DNA of 64,000 bases, from NCBI GenBank assembly GCA_965113315.1, contig OZ220365.1. One strand, given 5' to 3'. Both the position numbers and the translations under genes were made by a program. The notes under the pieces were generated by a model. The model did not search any database. It was not told the origin of the DNA and saw only the letters and a list, made by a program, of their open reading frames with translations. Positions 1 through 13,617 of the stretch are shown piece by piece (positions within the stretch are counted from its first letter, which is position 1; each line of letters starts with the position of its first letter). This DNA comes from Podarcis vaucheri (Eukaryota).

Positions 1-711
1 CTCTAGTGAGACAGTTTGAAGGCAGATAGGGTCTCAGCCTGCATACCAGATGGAGCTTGTAAAAAGCTGCCCTGGACATAGAATTGACCTGCGCCTCCAT
101 GGACACCTGTGAGTCCAAAATGACTCCCAGGCTGTGCACCTGGTCCTTCAGGGGCAGTTACCCCATTGAGGACCAGGGAGTCTTCCACACCTGCCCACCT
201 GTCCCCCCAAAACAGTACTTCTGTCTTGTCAGGATTCAACCTCGATCTGTTAGCCACCATCCATCTTCCAACCACAGATACTCACAAAGGACCTTCACGG
301 CCTTCACTGGTTTGATTTGAAAGAGAGGTAGAGCTGCGTATCATCCACATATTGATGAACACCCAGCCCAAACCCCCTGATGATCTCTCCCAGCAGCTGC
401 ATGTAGATGTTGAAAAGCATGGGGGAGCGGACAGAACCCTGAGGCACCCCACAAGTGAGAGCCCAGGGGTCTGAACACTCATCCCCCACCACCACTTTCT
501 GAACACGGCCCAGGAGGAAGGAGCAGAAACACTGTATAACAGTGCCCCCAGCTCCCAGCCCCTCTAGATGGTCCAGAAGGATGTTATGGTCAATGGTATC
601 AAAAGCCGCTGAGAGATCCAGCAGAACTAGGAAACAGCTCTCACCTTTGTCCCTAGCCTGCCGGAGATCATCGACCAGTGCAACCAAGGCAGTTGAAGTT
701 GTGGTGCCCAT
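1..711 (-). mobile_element. L2-clade LINE fragment (RT region, frameshifted), runs off window start
   Basis: ORFs 304..711 and 3..275 give LLDLSAAFDTIDH, GVPQGS..SPMLFNIY, YVDDTQLY and LNPDKTEVL; closely similar to the copy at 9101-10003 where they overlap. Confidence 0.92.
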
Positions 712-1984
712 CGTGTGATGTGTGCAATGTCACACACACCACACACCAGGCCCCCTAAACATTGAGGGGGGCCACCCCCCTTTCAACTATCAAGGGGGCA
801 AAGACACTTTGGCCCCCTAAAGTTGGAGCAGTTACACAGATCACCCAGTCAGTCGCCCTCACTATGATGAGAGGGATTGCATTTCTATTTAAATTATCAT
901 AATTAGCTCTAAATTTGTATATTAATACATACATTAGCATACATACTTTTTTGGCAAATATTATATTGTGGGGAGAGTGATGACTTCGTTCTTTTTTATG
1001 GTAAGTGTGCACCCTAGGAATCACTGATTTCAGTGAATGCAAGAGCAACCATAATGAACAAAAATGTCACAAGGAGCTCGCATTTGCAGTGGCAAAAATA
1101 GTCAAATAACTTAAGAATTGGTTCATGGTAAAATACAGCACATTTTTCTTCTTTTTCTTATTTTTAACTGTATGTTTATAGAGTTGGACTTTCTCCCATG
1201 GTCCTGTTGCTGCTGCTGCTGCCAGGATTAAGCCATAGTTTTACTTGTGAGCCCAGTCTCATTCTACACAAATCACAAGCTATAGCTTACCAGTTGTGGT
1301 TTGTTTGAGGGGAAACAAAACACCAGCATGGGTTTGGCATGGCACTAAGCCTTGCCAAGGGAGCAGGACCAAGGGAGGAGTGAAAGGGCCACAAGGTTTT
1401 GCTCTGTGCATCAGAATGCTGACCCATTCACACTTCATTTGACTTAGCCTTAAGTGTGAGCCTGAATAAATAAATAAACCCAAGCAATAAGAGAATAGCC
1501 TTGTGGGTTGCATCTAATCCAACGTCCTGTTGTTTTTATGTTGCCCTGAATGAAGTTGGTCTCCTTGCCTGGTTGTTTTCATCTTCTTGTATTCATATAT
1601 GCACTCCCTCCATACATGAAACATTCCTTTCCTTGTTAGTCTCCAAAGCATTCCCTGACAGCTCTCTCCATTGTAAATTATTTAGGGTAATTATTATTAA
1701 TTTAATACTTGCTTATGTCAGCAGCAGAGTTGTTTTCAGCATACCCCAATAGTTAGCGATGATGATAGGATGGCAGATTTTACATGTCAAAGAGTATACT
1801 AAAAAGTTGTATGCATACAGCTGAATGAACTTCAGTAAGTCAGTGGTGCGCCTACTTTAATTACAAACCTTGAACAAAACAAAACTCTGTCCTGCCTCGA
1901 AGACAACCTCTGTGGTATCAAAGTCCCCAGATCCTCAATGTTTGAGGGTTTGTTGTAGTTCTCTGCTGAGGTTGAGAAAAATCA

Positions 1985-2370
1985 ATGCTACATAGGCACA
2001 GCTAGGAGTAGCAGAGCCTCCACCAAAGATCTCAACACACAGGCAGGTCAAAATGAGAAAAGATGCTCCTTTAGGTATTTCAGTCCCAAGTTGCTTTAGA
2101 GCTTTTGAAGTTAACACAAGCACCTTGAATTTGGCATATAAGCTTTTTGGCAACCAGTGTGGTTCTTCAAGAATTAGTGTTATATTCTACCAACAGGCCA
2201 TCCCACATAAAAGTCTAGCCACATACTATAGCAGGTGCAACTTCTGGACCATCTTGAAGGGCAGCCTACAGTCCGTTTTTGAAGTTACCTGTGCATACCT
2301 CACTGTACCCAGGCAAACCCAGTCCAAGAACACCCATAGCTGGCAAACCAGATAAAACTAGCAAAAGCTG
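1985..2370 (-). mobile_element. Old degenerate L2 fragment
   Basis: Minus-strand translation AKFKVLVLTSKALKQLG matches the L2 ORF2 C-terminal motif of the 9101 copy. Confidence 0.7.
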
Positions 2371-3574
2371 TGCATCATCTCAGAGACCACTTTGCCTGTA
2401 GCAACAGTGCTGGATCCAAACCCATCCAGTTCAAGCAGCCTCCTAAATTATTGCCTGACTACCAACATTAATTTGAAGTGCTAGGCTGGGCTACTTGAAG
2501 GGCCCTCTTATCCCACACAAACCTCCTTGAAACCTTCATTTTTCATTTGAAGTTCCTTATTATTTGAAGCTATTATTATTATTTGAAGTTGTTCTTTCAA
2601 TCTCTTACTAGCCCTCTAACATAAGGTCTCAGGGCAGGTGGCAACAATCTAGAATTCAGTGCCTAAAACAAGTCAAAACAAATTAAAGTCACCGGAATAG
2701 CGGTGGGGTCACCTGACGTAGGTGGTGACCCCAAGGAGGGGCTTCTCTGTGGATGTGGAATTCCCTCAGCAAAGAAACTCACCTGGATCCAAACTTAGGT
2801 GTCTTTTCATCAGTAGGCAAAGACTCTTCTGTTTCTCCAGGCATTTCAGCATACTGTATGGCACAGGGTGTGTGCCAGGGGTGCATTATTTTAAAACTTT
2901 TGCTGCAGTTTCCATCGTTTTTCTTGTTTTGCTTTTACAATTCCATTGCTTAGTTTTAAAATGCTACCCTTCCCCAAGAGTTCTGTCACCAAAAGCTGAC
3001 TTATAACTTGACTTGTAATATAATTAATAGCACCCATTTACATTAGTGTAGCTGTTTGGATAGAAGATGATAAGAAAACACTACAGAAGCAATCAAATTA
3101 AACATGAGAGTGAGCAACTGGAGGCAGGGAATAGACTCACCAGAGTAGTAGAAATTACAATAGTTCAGCCTGCAATCACTATATTTTATCACTAGAGGGA
3201 GATCATTCTTAGTACAGTACTCCTGTTTAAACCCATCAACTCTATGAAATGCACACACACAAATACTGCCTATTTGTCTGGTCACATTCAGAGACTGGTT
3301 TTCTATCTGTTCCCTTGATTTCCTCCAATTCTATTAATGAGCATGCCTGTGCATTTAGCAATATATGGAATGAAAAATGGGCAGGCTGCTTGCAAAGACA
3401 GGCAAGAGGAAGAATACAGAGCACAAGCAAGCTGAGGACAAATGTGTTGATTTATTCTCCTGATCTGATATGCAAATTTCAGTCTTGGCAGGTCACCCTT
3501 GCTGACTTAAAGGAGCCATTCAGTTGTGTCTCTACAGTCATGTTTATACATATCTTTGCAGGTAACATTCTATG

Positions 3575-4137
3575 TGTCCGGAACCCCTGTCCTACCTGGC
3601 AGGAAGTCAGTACCTCAAGTCTCGAGTCCAAAGTCAGTCCTCATGTCCAAACTGAGGCACAGACCCACAGAGGACCCAAGCTGAGGCCAATCCACAGGGG
3701 CAGTTGTACAGACACAGCCCCTCAGCTCTGCTTCCCTTTTGTACTTTGCATGCTGATTGCAGCACCTGGGCTTGATGGCGCATATGACCCTCACCTGTTC
3801 CAAGCCTACTTCAGCTGAAGAATCACACCCCTCCCTCCTCCCACAGCTAAGGAGCTGGGCTGTGGGCCCTTGCCTGCCTCGGCCTGCAAGAGTGCCACTC
3901 CCACTGTTCCCTATACCTCAGAGCCCACTGTGTTTGTGGAAACAGGGGACCCTCTGGCTCTGGTGATGGGTCCTGATGGTCTGGTTCCTGTGCACTGCCC
4001 CCCATCCCTCATCAACCTGTGAGTGCTTCTTAATCTCTCCTTCCCAATCCACAGCTTGCCCTGGTGTGTCCCAATCCCAGCTACACCCCTTCCTAGGATC
4101 TTCCTCCTCCTCCTTGTTGTCCTGCCAGTTTGTGACA
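3575..4137 (-). mobile_element. Solo LTR (Gypsy-like), older
   Basis: TGTC...GACA termini; flanks CTATG (3570-3574) and CTGTG (4138-4142) form a 5-bp TSD with one mismatch; purine-rich minus strand as in the 46663 LTR. Confidence 0.6.
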
Positions 4138-5712
4138 CTGTGCATGTTTCTCTGGTTCTCTTCATTGTAGGTAATGCCAGTGGGTCATTTAGAATCTGCA
4201 TATGAGTGCCCAGTTGTGCAAAGGCTTTCTTTAAATGGCCCCACCTTCATTTTTTGAAGGGGAAAGGCATGTAGCACTGGACATCTATGCAATTGGTCAT
4301 TCATAGGGAACTCAAAGGTGAAGGTGACTACATCACCTTCCCAAATGGGCTTTAACAACCCATGGTCTCTCCTGACTGAAAGTTCTGGTAAAATGGATTC
4401 ACAACATTCAAGAAGGTGTAGTTTGACCTGACCACATATAATACCCTCAGCTCTCCCAATGGCTGTTCTGAAATTATTATTTCGTTGATATGTTTATTTT
4501 CCAAGTTTGGCTTTTTTCTGATTTGTACAGCTTTCCGTCATCGAGAACCCAAAGGAGCACGTATGGACTATGAATATACTTTGCTGTTCAGACTGTGGAC
4601 AAGCAAGTTACGGCCAGAGGAAAGGAAGACAGCACACACATTCACAAACATAGGTACCAATTCTACCAAATAAAATTTACATATGTAAGCACTTAGCAAG
4701 CTGAACTGAAGATTTTTGAATACTTTTGTTCTTTAGAGGCAGAAAATACAAAGGATCCTTGCAAGTAATTAAACTAATTAAAACATTAATTAATGATAAA
4801 GGAACAATGAGAGTGTACCATCTGAAAGATGCACTGATTGAACTATTTAAATAAGTGTGACCCATTTTAACATTGTGCTTATATATGTGGATCCAGTAGC
4901 GCAGAGTGGGGGAATCTAACTTCTTTTTGGGGGGAGGGGGTCCCTATTCAGAGATTGCAAATAGCAACAGACAGCTACCATACCCATGTTTGACTTTGGT
5001 TCAGCAAAGTTTCCCTGGAGATATGAAACTATTGTTTTAGTTCCACACTCATTTATGGCGTCAGATGGAATAGAATATGACAGGGAACTCCATGGCAATA
5101 ACAAAATCCTCACAGGTATCCCACAATAACAGCTCAGTGATGTAAGACACTCAGGAGTCCCTTTAAGACATTACAATTTTGTTTGAGCTAGGACTCGGGT
5201 TTGCCCTACCATTAGAATGAGACAGCTACCTCAAGCATCAGGTGAGTGCTACACAAAATGTCAGTGAGGTGTTGGAAGACAGAGTTATGTGTAAAATTAA
5301 CAGTAGATTAATAATTTATTTATATATGCCTGTTTGTACACACTTTCTAGTTGGAGAACTGCATTGCAAAATTCAGGCAAATATGCATTTTGAAGCATAG
5401 TTGTGTTCTGGGTTGCGTAATCTGTCAATGGGTGTGAATTAGGTAGTTTCTTTTTTAAAAGAAAACAAATTTCTCCCCATTCCTTCTTCTCTGCACTCTT
5501 TATTCTATTCTTACTTTCTTCTATTTTCATCATCCACTTTAGCTAAAGCTCTTCCTCAGTTACCCTATATTCACCTCAGCTGCCCAATGGCATATTTCTG
5601 TTCTTGGTTTCTTGTCTCTTCCTCAACCCACTCTTGTGTTTCAGTATTTTCAGGTGATACAGTGGTGCAATCCAAGTTAAAAGCACAAAAATGTGCATTC
5701 ATTTTCAAAGTA

Positions 5713-5958
5713 CAGTGGTACCTCTGGTTGCAAACGGGATTCATTTCAGAGCCCCGTTCACATCCTGATCAGAACACAACCCACATTTGCACCCGCACGG
5801 GTCTCAATTCGCCACTTCTGCGCATGACATCATTTTGCGCATCAGCACATGTGTAAGCGGCGAAACCCTGAAGTAACCCTTTCCGGTACTTCCGGGTTGC
5901 CGTGGGACGCAACCTGAAAAGACGTAACCTGAACCGAACATAACAAGAAGTATGATTG
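5713..5958. mobile_element. Non-autonomous Tc1/mariner (Tigger-like) MITE
   Basis: TA-CAGTGGTACCTC start, degenerate inverted end GAAGTATGATTG-TA; same TIR family as 16034, 19299 and 40919. Confidence 0.75.
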
Positions 5959-7687
5959 TATAAGTAAATAAAACTGAGGTATACCAAAATGACTGGGAAG
6001 AATTGATAGGTTATTAATATTTGTGTGCTGTTTTTGACTGGGGAGGAAAGATATTTTTTGAAATCCAGTAACAGATATTTTGAACCATTTCAATGAGCTT
6101 GAGGAAGGTTAATTGCTCTTCTTATCCATTATTAAGTACTCTGGAGTGCTCCTGAAGTGTTCCTGCAACACTCTGTAATCCTGCATGAAGCACCATCAGA
6201 AAGCAATGAAATGCAGACACTCATCATCTTCCCTAAGTTGTTCCAACTTCCCTTCTTTGCCCATCTCTCACTGCATTTATAGTCCTAGGCTTCTATTTCT
6301 CTTTGGAAACAGAACAGTACTATAACAGTCAGGTGAGAAAAGTTGTCACATGGAAGCAGCATCCCATAAGATGTGTAAATCAGTTTTTAAATTGGGCCCA
6401 TACGCCATGAAGGGAAGGGCAGTTTGATGAAATCTTCATAGTGTCAACTGTCCCAGAAATACAAGGGCCTCAGATCGTGGTGCAAAATGGCTTCCACCCA
6501 AAAGGCCACTCTACCACTTCTCAAGATCCCCAAGTCTGCTATAGATATGGATAGATCCAAACAAAGTTAGTTGAACTTCATTCCCACTGAAATCCATGGG
6601 ACTCAAGTCATGACTAACTTGATCCAGTTATTTTAACTTCAGCTAACTTCATCTGGGTCCAACCAATAATAATTAAGAGTTTTAATTTTTTTATCACTTT
6701 TCTAATGATTACTCAAGGATTCTGTCTTTTTTCATAGCTGAGGCTCCGGGTTGAGATTTAATCAAGCTAAACACCACATCCTCTTTCCTGGCCCACCCTG
6801 GCCAGTTTAGACCCCCTAAGCATATATGTGAAATTTGGAATTTTCACTTTACACATGCTTACATCGGATCACATTTGTCATTTTTATTCCCGTTCACCCA
6901 GTTTGGAGAGATCCTTGAAGTACCTCACAATATTTTTGGTTCTTTATCATCATGAATCATTGGGTGTCATACCAATGTCCCTGTGTAACCCTTTGTCGGC
7001 CCTGGATGAAATAATGCTCTTCTCCACACACCTGTTTCAGGCTCAGGAAAAAGAGTGGAACTGGCTAAAATGCTTCTCTCCAGTCCTCATTTACCCCTTC
7101 AGAGAAACACCTTGAAAACAAGGACTCTGCACATGAAAATGAGGAAGAAACGACCATAAAGACCTCCGTAGAGAGTCATTATATGGTGGTTTTTTAAAAA
7201 AATAAAATAAATAAATTGAAGCAGAGCATAGAAAAATGTGGGACAGGAGCACAGGAAGCTGATGCATTATTTCTCAGTACACTGATGCGCAGTGGCTATC
7301 AAGTATTTTAAACAGGAGTGTCCAGTCCTTGCTGGAGGTGCCAGAGAATGAACTTGGAACTTGATTCATGCAAAGCGCATGGCCCTTTCCTTGCATTTTT
7401 GTTGTTGTTCCAGATGAGAGAGAAATGGGTGAAAAATTCATTTAGGGGGCATTTATATAGTCCATTTATAATCAGTACTAGAGACCATGCTTCTTGGTGC
7501 AAACTTAAGATTGGCAGCTGCTACAGACAGGACCTTCTTGGTAGTGCTCAGTTAGTTCTTGAAGCTGTAGTATCAAATCCCTGCTGGTCTGGATTGGCTT
7601 TTCATTGATGAGTTTTATTGATCATGCTGTTGTTTTACTGCTTGGGCTCTTGAAATTGTTTTCCTAATGGCTGAATTAACATGTTAA

Positions 7688-7756
7688 TTCATATGTATGA
7701 ATTTTAAATTTTTAGAGTATGAATTTTCATATGTATGAATTTTAAATTTTTAGAGT
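7688..7756. repeat. Local direct duplication (31-nt unit, period 38)
   Basis: TTCATATGTATGAATTTTAAATTTTTAGAGT at 7688-7718 and 7726-7756. Confidence 0.85.
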
Positions 7757-8679
7757 TATTCTATTTTCTTTGTCACCTTTAGCCAACTTGGTACAGGATG
7801 GCCCTTATAAATTTGAAGTTAACTAACATTGTTGGGTTCAGCTCATGACTCCATGTTCTCCTTTACATATGTTTTCATAAGGACTATACATGTGCCTAAC
7901 TATACAAGGTTCCTCACACTGAAGCCTTTGCACATACAGGCGTACATGCAAAAATCTCCCTTTTGTAGGTGTTTGTATCAATGCATGGACATCAGGACTG
8001 GAGGCTATGCAGAGCTGGAAACAAGGCCAGGAGTTTCATCGCTGTTTCCCAGTCACCTGTTAAGCTCTAGCAAGTGAAGAGGATGTAAAACCTTCACAAA
8101 TGACAAACTTTGACACAATATCTTAAGCAATGTAAAGTGAGTCTTTTTCTTTATCAGCTGAAGAGACCCAAGCTCTATGTGCACTCAGAACAGAAGATTT
8201 GATTCAATCAGATCTCATGGCTAGGCACTTTTTAGCAGAGCTTGATTTACATGTCAAGTGTCTTTGGGAATCAGAACTGAGTGTTAATGCCTCTGGCAAA
8301 CTCTTTCAGCCTCGTGACTGAAAACTGCAAGAAGGGGCATGTCTGGCATTGAAAGGCGGTTCAGCAAGTAGATAGCAAGCTTGTTTGTGATCATATGGAT
8401 GGCCTACTGCACCCATGCAGCAGAATGAAATGGAAATGAGATGGTAGAATGGAGGGCACCACTTCAGATGACAGATGATGGCACTTTTAAATATTTTCCT
8501 ATGTAAAAATCTTCCTGCAAACTGAAAACTACATAGTGGGGGGCAGGGGGGCAACATTAGAACTTTCCTTCCAGAAGTGTTGGATAGTTGTATTGGCAGA
8601 TTAAGTATAGGTTAGGTTAGTAACCTCATTTATATATTTGCTTCCCACAAAAAAAATCTTAAAGTCCTTTACAACAAAA

Positions 8680-9000
8680 AGTCTTAAAGCCTCCTTCACA
8701 AGAAGTCTGGGGCGTAGCAACATGAGAACAAGCCTTTTTTGCAGTGGCTCCTTGCTTGTGGAATGCCCTCCCCAGGGAAGTTCGACTGGTGTCCTCATTA
8801 TACACCTTTAGGCGCCAGGCAAAAACATTCTACTTTAACCAGGCCTTTGGTTGACTGTCACCTAATGCACTTTTAAAATATTGGGGGGGGGGGTAATTTG
8901 GTTGTATCCGTATTTATTTTGATTATGTGCTCTGTGCTACTGCAATTCTAGTGTGTGAACTGCCCGAGACCCACGGGTATAGGGTGGTATATAAATTTTA
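8680..9000 (+). mobile_element. Old L2 3' end
   Basis: GCCTTTTTTGCAGTGGCTCC..TGTGGAATGCCCTCCC and a 3' tail GGGTGGTATATAAAT resemble the younger L2 3' ends in this window. Confidence 0.65.
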
Positions 9001-9100
9001 AGAAGAAGAAGAAGAATGCCATGATATAATCACAAAACAGGTTTAAAACATATTGCACAATGCAATATCATTTGCTGCCCAAATACCTAGAGGGTGGGGT

Positions 9101-10003
9101 GTGTGAGTGTCTGGAGGTCCTGTGTGAGTGTCTGGAGGCGGTTGGAGGATGGATGGCGGCTAACAGATTGAGGTTGAATCCTGACAAGACAGAAGTACTG
9201 TTTTGGGGGGACAGGAGGCAGGCAGGTGTGGAAGACTCCCTGGTCCTCAATGGGGTAACTGTGCCCCTGAAGGACCAGGTGCGCAGCTTGGGAGTCATTT
9301 TGGACTCACAGCTGTCCATGGCGGCACAGGTCAAATCTGTTTACCAGCTCCATCTGGTACGTAGGCTGAGACCCTATCTGCCTGCAGACTGTCTCGCCAG
9401 AGTGGTGCATGCTCAGGTTATCTCCCGCTTGGACTACTGCAATGCGCTCTACGTGGGGCTACCTTTGAAGGTGACCCGGAAACTACAACTAATCCAGAAT
9501 GCGGCAGCTAGACTGGTGACTGGGAGTGGCCGCCGAGACCATATAACACCGGTCTTGAAAGACCTACATTGGCTCCCAGTACGTTTCCGAGCACAATTCA
9601 AAGTGTTGGTGCTGATCTTTAAAGCCCTAAACGGCCTCGGTCCAGTATATCTGAAGGAGCGTCTCCTCCCCCATCGTTCTGCCCGGACACTGAGGTCCAG
9701 CTCCGAGGGCCTTCTGGCAGTTCCCTCACTGCAAGAGGCCAAGTTACAGGGAACCAGGCAGAGGGCCTTCTCGGTAGTGGCGCCCGCCCTGTGGAACGCC
9801 CTCCCATCAGATGTCTAAGCGATAAACAACTACCTGACATTCAGAAGACATCTGAAGGCAGCCCTGTTCATGGAAGTTTTTAATATGTGACATTTTAGTG
9901 TATTTTCATCTTTGTTGGAAGCTGCCCAGAGTGGCTGGGGAAACCCAGCCAGATGGGCGGGGTACAAATAATAAATTATTATTGTATAATTATTATTATT
10001 ATT
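9101..10003 (+). mobile_element. L2-clade LINE, 5'-truncated, young; ORF2 C-terminus, 3' UTR and (TTA)n tail
   Basis: ORF 9060..9818: LNPDKTEVL, SRLDYCNALYVGLP, LQLIQNAAARLVTG, HITPVLKDLHWLPV; tail GGGCGGGGTACAAATAATAAATTATT; GTGTGAGTGTCTGGAGG duplicated at the 5' junction. Confidence 0.95.
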
Positions 10004-10153
10004 AAACATTTAAAAGCTTCCCTATATGGGGCTGCCTTCAGATGTCTTCTAAAAGTTGTATGGTTACTTATCTCCTTGGCTTGGGGGTGACATAACTGAC
10101 CATATCTTCCAACGTTTCTCCAAAGAAAATAGGGGTGTCCTACTATACTCTTT

Positions 10154-10521
10154 GGGACGCGGGTGGCACAGTGGGTAAAACCTCAGCACCTAGGGCTTGC
10201 CAATCGCATGGTCGGCGGTTCGAATCCCCGCAGCGGGGTGAGCTCCCGTCGTTCGGTCCCAGCTCCTGCCCACCTAGCAGTTCGAAAGCACCCCTAAGTG
10301 CAAGTAGATAAATGGGTACCGCTTTATAGCGGGAAGGTAAACAGCGTTTCCGTGTGCTGCGCTGGTGCTGGCTCGCCAGAGCAGCTTCGTCACACTGGCC
10401 ACGTGACCCGGAAGTGTCTCCGGACAGCGCTGGCCCCCGGCCTCTTAAGTGAGATGGGCACACAACCCTAGAGTTGGACACGACTGGCCCGTACGGGCAG
10501 GGGTACCTTTACCTTTACCTT
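10154..10521 (+). mobile_element. Sauria SINE
   Basis: GGGACGCGGGTGGC head, B-box GGTTCGAATCC, (ACCTTT)n tail, TSD CTATACTCTTT. Confidence 0.93.
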
Positions 10522-10534
10522 GCTATACTCTTTA

Positions 10535-10874
10535 GGGATGCAGGTGGTGCTGTGGGTTAAACCACAGAGCCGAGGACTTGCCGATCAGAAGGTCAGCGGT
10601 TCGAATCCCTGCGGCGGGGTGAGCTCCCGTTGCTTGGTCCCTGCTCCTGCCAACCTAGCAGTTCGAAAACACCTCAAAGTGCAAGTAGATAAATAGGCGG
10701 GAAGGTAAATGGTGTTTCCGTGCGCTGCTCTGGTTCGCCAGAAGCGGCTTAGTCATGCTGGCCACATGACCTGGAAGCTGTATGCCGGCTCCCTTGGCCA
10801 ATAAAGTGAGATGAGCACCGCAACCCCAGAGTCATCCATGACTGGACCTAATGGTCAGGAGTCCCTTTACCTTT
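10535..10874 (+). mobile_element. Sauria SINE (different subfamily variant)
   Basis: Same head, B-box and tail; followed by a third copy of the target ACTATACTCTTTA. Confidence 0.93.
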
Positions 10875-13019
10875 ACTATACTCTTTAACATTTGTCTGAT
10901 GAAGATAGGGATGTCCTAAGGAAAAGCAGGACATTCCAGGATCAAATCAGAAACCAGGATGGTTTCTGTAAATTCAGGACTGTCCCTGGAAAATAGGGAC
11001 ACTTGGAGGGTCTGCCTTTTGTCCAAACAACTTTCCATATAGTCTTAAAAGGCAGCCTCTTGAACTACACATTGCAATAGTCACTGGAGCACATAGACAA
11101 CTGGTTCAAGTTTATTCCCCCATCCAGATAGTCACAATTGAGATACCATCCAAAACGGTTCAAAGGCACTCCATGCCACTGTGTCTCCTTGTGCCTCTAA
11201 GGACATTGTTGGTTCCAAGAGTGGCCCCAAGCCGCACAACTTCTCCCTCAAGATAAATGTAACCCTATTCAGAACAGGAAGTTTTGTATTCATCTAGACA
11301 GAAGAACAGTGGAAGCTGCTAATGTTGTCTCAGTTTCATCTAAATGGACTTCACACTTTGTTTGCTCTAATCTAGCCTATTATCAAGACCAGGCACCAAT
11401 CCAGCATACCCACCCATTGCCTTAAGTGATAACAGTCTCCTCTACTGCACAGGGCTCTTTTAACAAGCTATTCTTCTGCATGTGTAAACCAGGCCTATAT
11501 TTATTCATCCAGCATGAGACATGGATCTGAAATGAAATGACTCAATTTACAACTTCATGCTGATCTTCTCTCCTTTATTCCTGAGATGGCAGCAGTAAAC
11601 CCTACAGCACCGCAAAAGCAGTTGGATATTTCCATTCACCCTATTCCTTCCTGTTTTTGAGAATGCAAGGATTTTTTTACACTTTTGTTTTTAAGCAAAG
11701 GATCTTATTCTGCCTTACCTATAGACATAAAAGTGAGCCAGCATCTATCCAATCTGCTGTCTCTTCATTGTTTAATCATCACTTTGCCTCCACCACATTG
11801 TTAGAAAAAGTGAGTCGCCTTTTTAAAAAGTATATTTTAAACCAATGTTTCTATTCTTATCTTGTTACTTATACTTAATAGTACCTTTTCATTTCTAAAA
11901 GAAGTATATTTCAGACATAATTCAATAGTGTTAGATGGGATAGTAAGAAGTAATTTCTTAGATGAGGTTAATTTCCAAAAAGGACTGTTAGTTAAAAAAC
12001 ACAGGAAACTCATCAGGCACATATCTATATTTTAATGTGATTGTGAAAATTAGTTATGACTTCAATCCTAACCCCACTTATCTGGGAGTAAGTTCCATTA
12101 ATATCTATTCTGTATGGTTAGGATTGCAATGTATGTTGTCAAGCAACATATTTGGAAATGCAGAAGGGTCTGTGAAAAATTAACATAACAATTTATTGAT
12201 GGCTCTTGGAAATATGGTTTCTTAGATCAAGAGTATGATACTACTTATGTGATAAGACTCTCCTGAATCTCTCTCACCAGAATGTCAAATTACTATAAAT
12301 ATTTCATCATTGCAATTCACTCTTTGTCCCTTCTTGTTAAAGTGATCACCTATAAAGTAAATTGTATTTACCTAAGCTTTAATTGCCCAAATTTGTATTT
12401 ATCTGAACTTTAATTGTCCAAACGTTTTTTTATATCTCCAATGCAAGTGATGTTCTTGAGTAACCATATGAAGAGAATGGTAATGTTCATCTGCTCAGGG
12501 CCTAAGATATGCCTTCTCAACAGATGAAATAATAAATTATTCACACAATTTACATTGGGTGCTTGAAAATAATAAAGTAAGTTAATGTGTGGGAATAAAT
12601 GGAAATACATCTAGATAGCTGATATCAAGAGACTAATCCTGACACACCACTTGTCATGGAAATCCCAGGGGGTGTGGGTGGGAGCAAGGTTTCATTCTGT
12701 GCAACACAAAAGCTTCCAGCTTGTATTATCATCCTTGATTTGTATTGTTAATGTTCTAAGATAAAAGATGACAATCTTGTGCCTTTGCCTATGGCTCATG
12801 TATCAATAACAAACAGGATAACTGTTCTTTACAGTAAGGCAGAAGAGCCACTCTATTAAAGATATCACCCAAGCTGAAAATCAGGCTCTAAAGGTCTAGA
12901 GACAAGTCTAAGGTTAAATACACTGACAGCAAGTTGGATACAGAACAGCAGTAGTTTCTGTGAGATTCTAGTCTATTGGGAGTGTTTTCAAGATTTTGTC
13001 TTAACTGCATGGGGCAGGA

Positions 13020-13150
13020 GCAGGGCTTTTTTTCAGCTGAAACTCACAGGAACTCGGTCCCAGCACCTCTCAGGTGGGCGCCATTGCCGTAATAAGATAA
13101 CAAGGGAGACGTTCATGGTGACTTCCCTTTTTCTAGAAAAATTAGCACTG
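13020..13150. mobile_element. Short MITE-like DNA element
   Basis: CAGGGCTTTTTT...AAAATTAGCACTG imperfect terminal inverted repeats. Confidence 0.45.
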
Positions 13151-13194
13151 GACAGGAAAATAGAACATTCCCCCACCTGCTTAGTAACACCAGT

Positions 13195-13305
13195 ATTGTA
13201 GAGTTGGAAGGGATCCTGAGCATCATCTAGTCCAACCCCTTGAAATGCAGGAAACTCAGCCAAATCATCCATGACAGATGGCCTCCAACCTCTGTTCAAA
13301 ACTTC
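13195..13305 (-). mobile_element. CR1 LINE 3' end fragment
   Basis: GTAGAGTTGGAAGGGATCC..CATCTAGTCCAACCCC is the reverse complement of a typical CR1 3' terminus; similar short piece at about 33188-33222. Confidence 0.65.
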
Positions 13306-13384
13306 TCTGCAAGAATATCATAGAGGACTTTGTCCAAAATAAAAATTACCCATTACTATATAATGACATTATTTAAATATATTA

Positions 13385-13617
13385 TGTTGTTTAGTTGTGT
13401 CCGACTCTTCATGACCCCATGGACCAGAGCACGCCAGGCTCTCCTGTCGTACACTGCCTCCAACAGTTTGGTCAAACTCATGCTGGTAGCTTCGAGAACA
13501 CTGTCCAACATCTCGTCCTCTTCTTCTTGTGCCTTCCATCTTTCCCAACATCAAGGTCTTTTCCAGGGAGTCTTCTCTTCTCATGAGGTGGCCAAAGTAT
13601 TGGAGCCTCAGCTCCAA
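13385..13617 (-). mobile_element. BovB (RTE) LINE 3' fragment
   Basis: LRLQYFGHLMRREDSLEKTLMLGKMEG; matches the 3' end of the 37547 copy. Confidence 0.9.

Larger units (their letters stand above)
10101..11014. mobile_element. MITE-like DNA element interrupted by two Sauria SINEs
   Basis: Left end CATATCTTCCAAC is a degenerate inverse of right end TTGGAGGGTCTG; internal AATAGGG..GTCCTA repeats on both sides of the SINE pair. Confidence 0.55.

Noticed and set aside
1291-1471. Minus-strand exon-like open frame with GTAAGC donor
   Set aside because: The sequence looks like a degenerate repeat, and the peptide is unrecognisable
3249-3818. 189-aa plus-strand ORF
   Set aside because: Crosses a unique-DNA/LTR boundary, has no domain or splice support; chance ORF
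4531-4560. 30-nt plus-strand microexon (TTTGTACAG|...|GTATGG)
   Set aside because: Weak donor, unrecognised peptide and no partner exons
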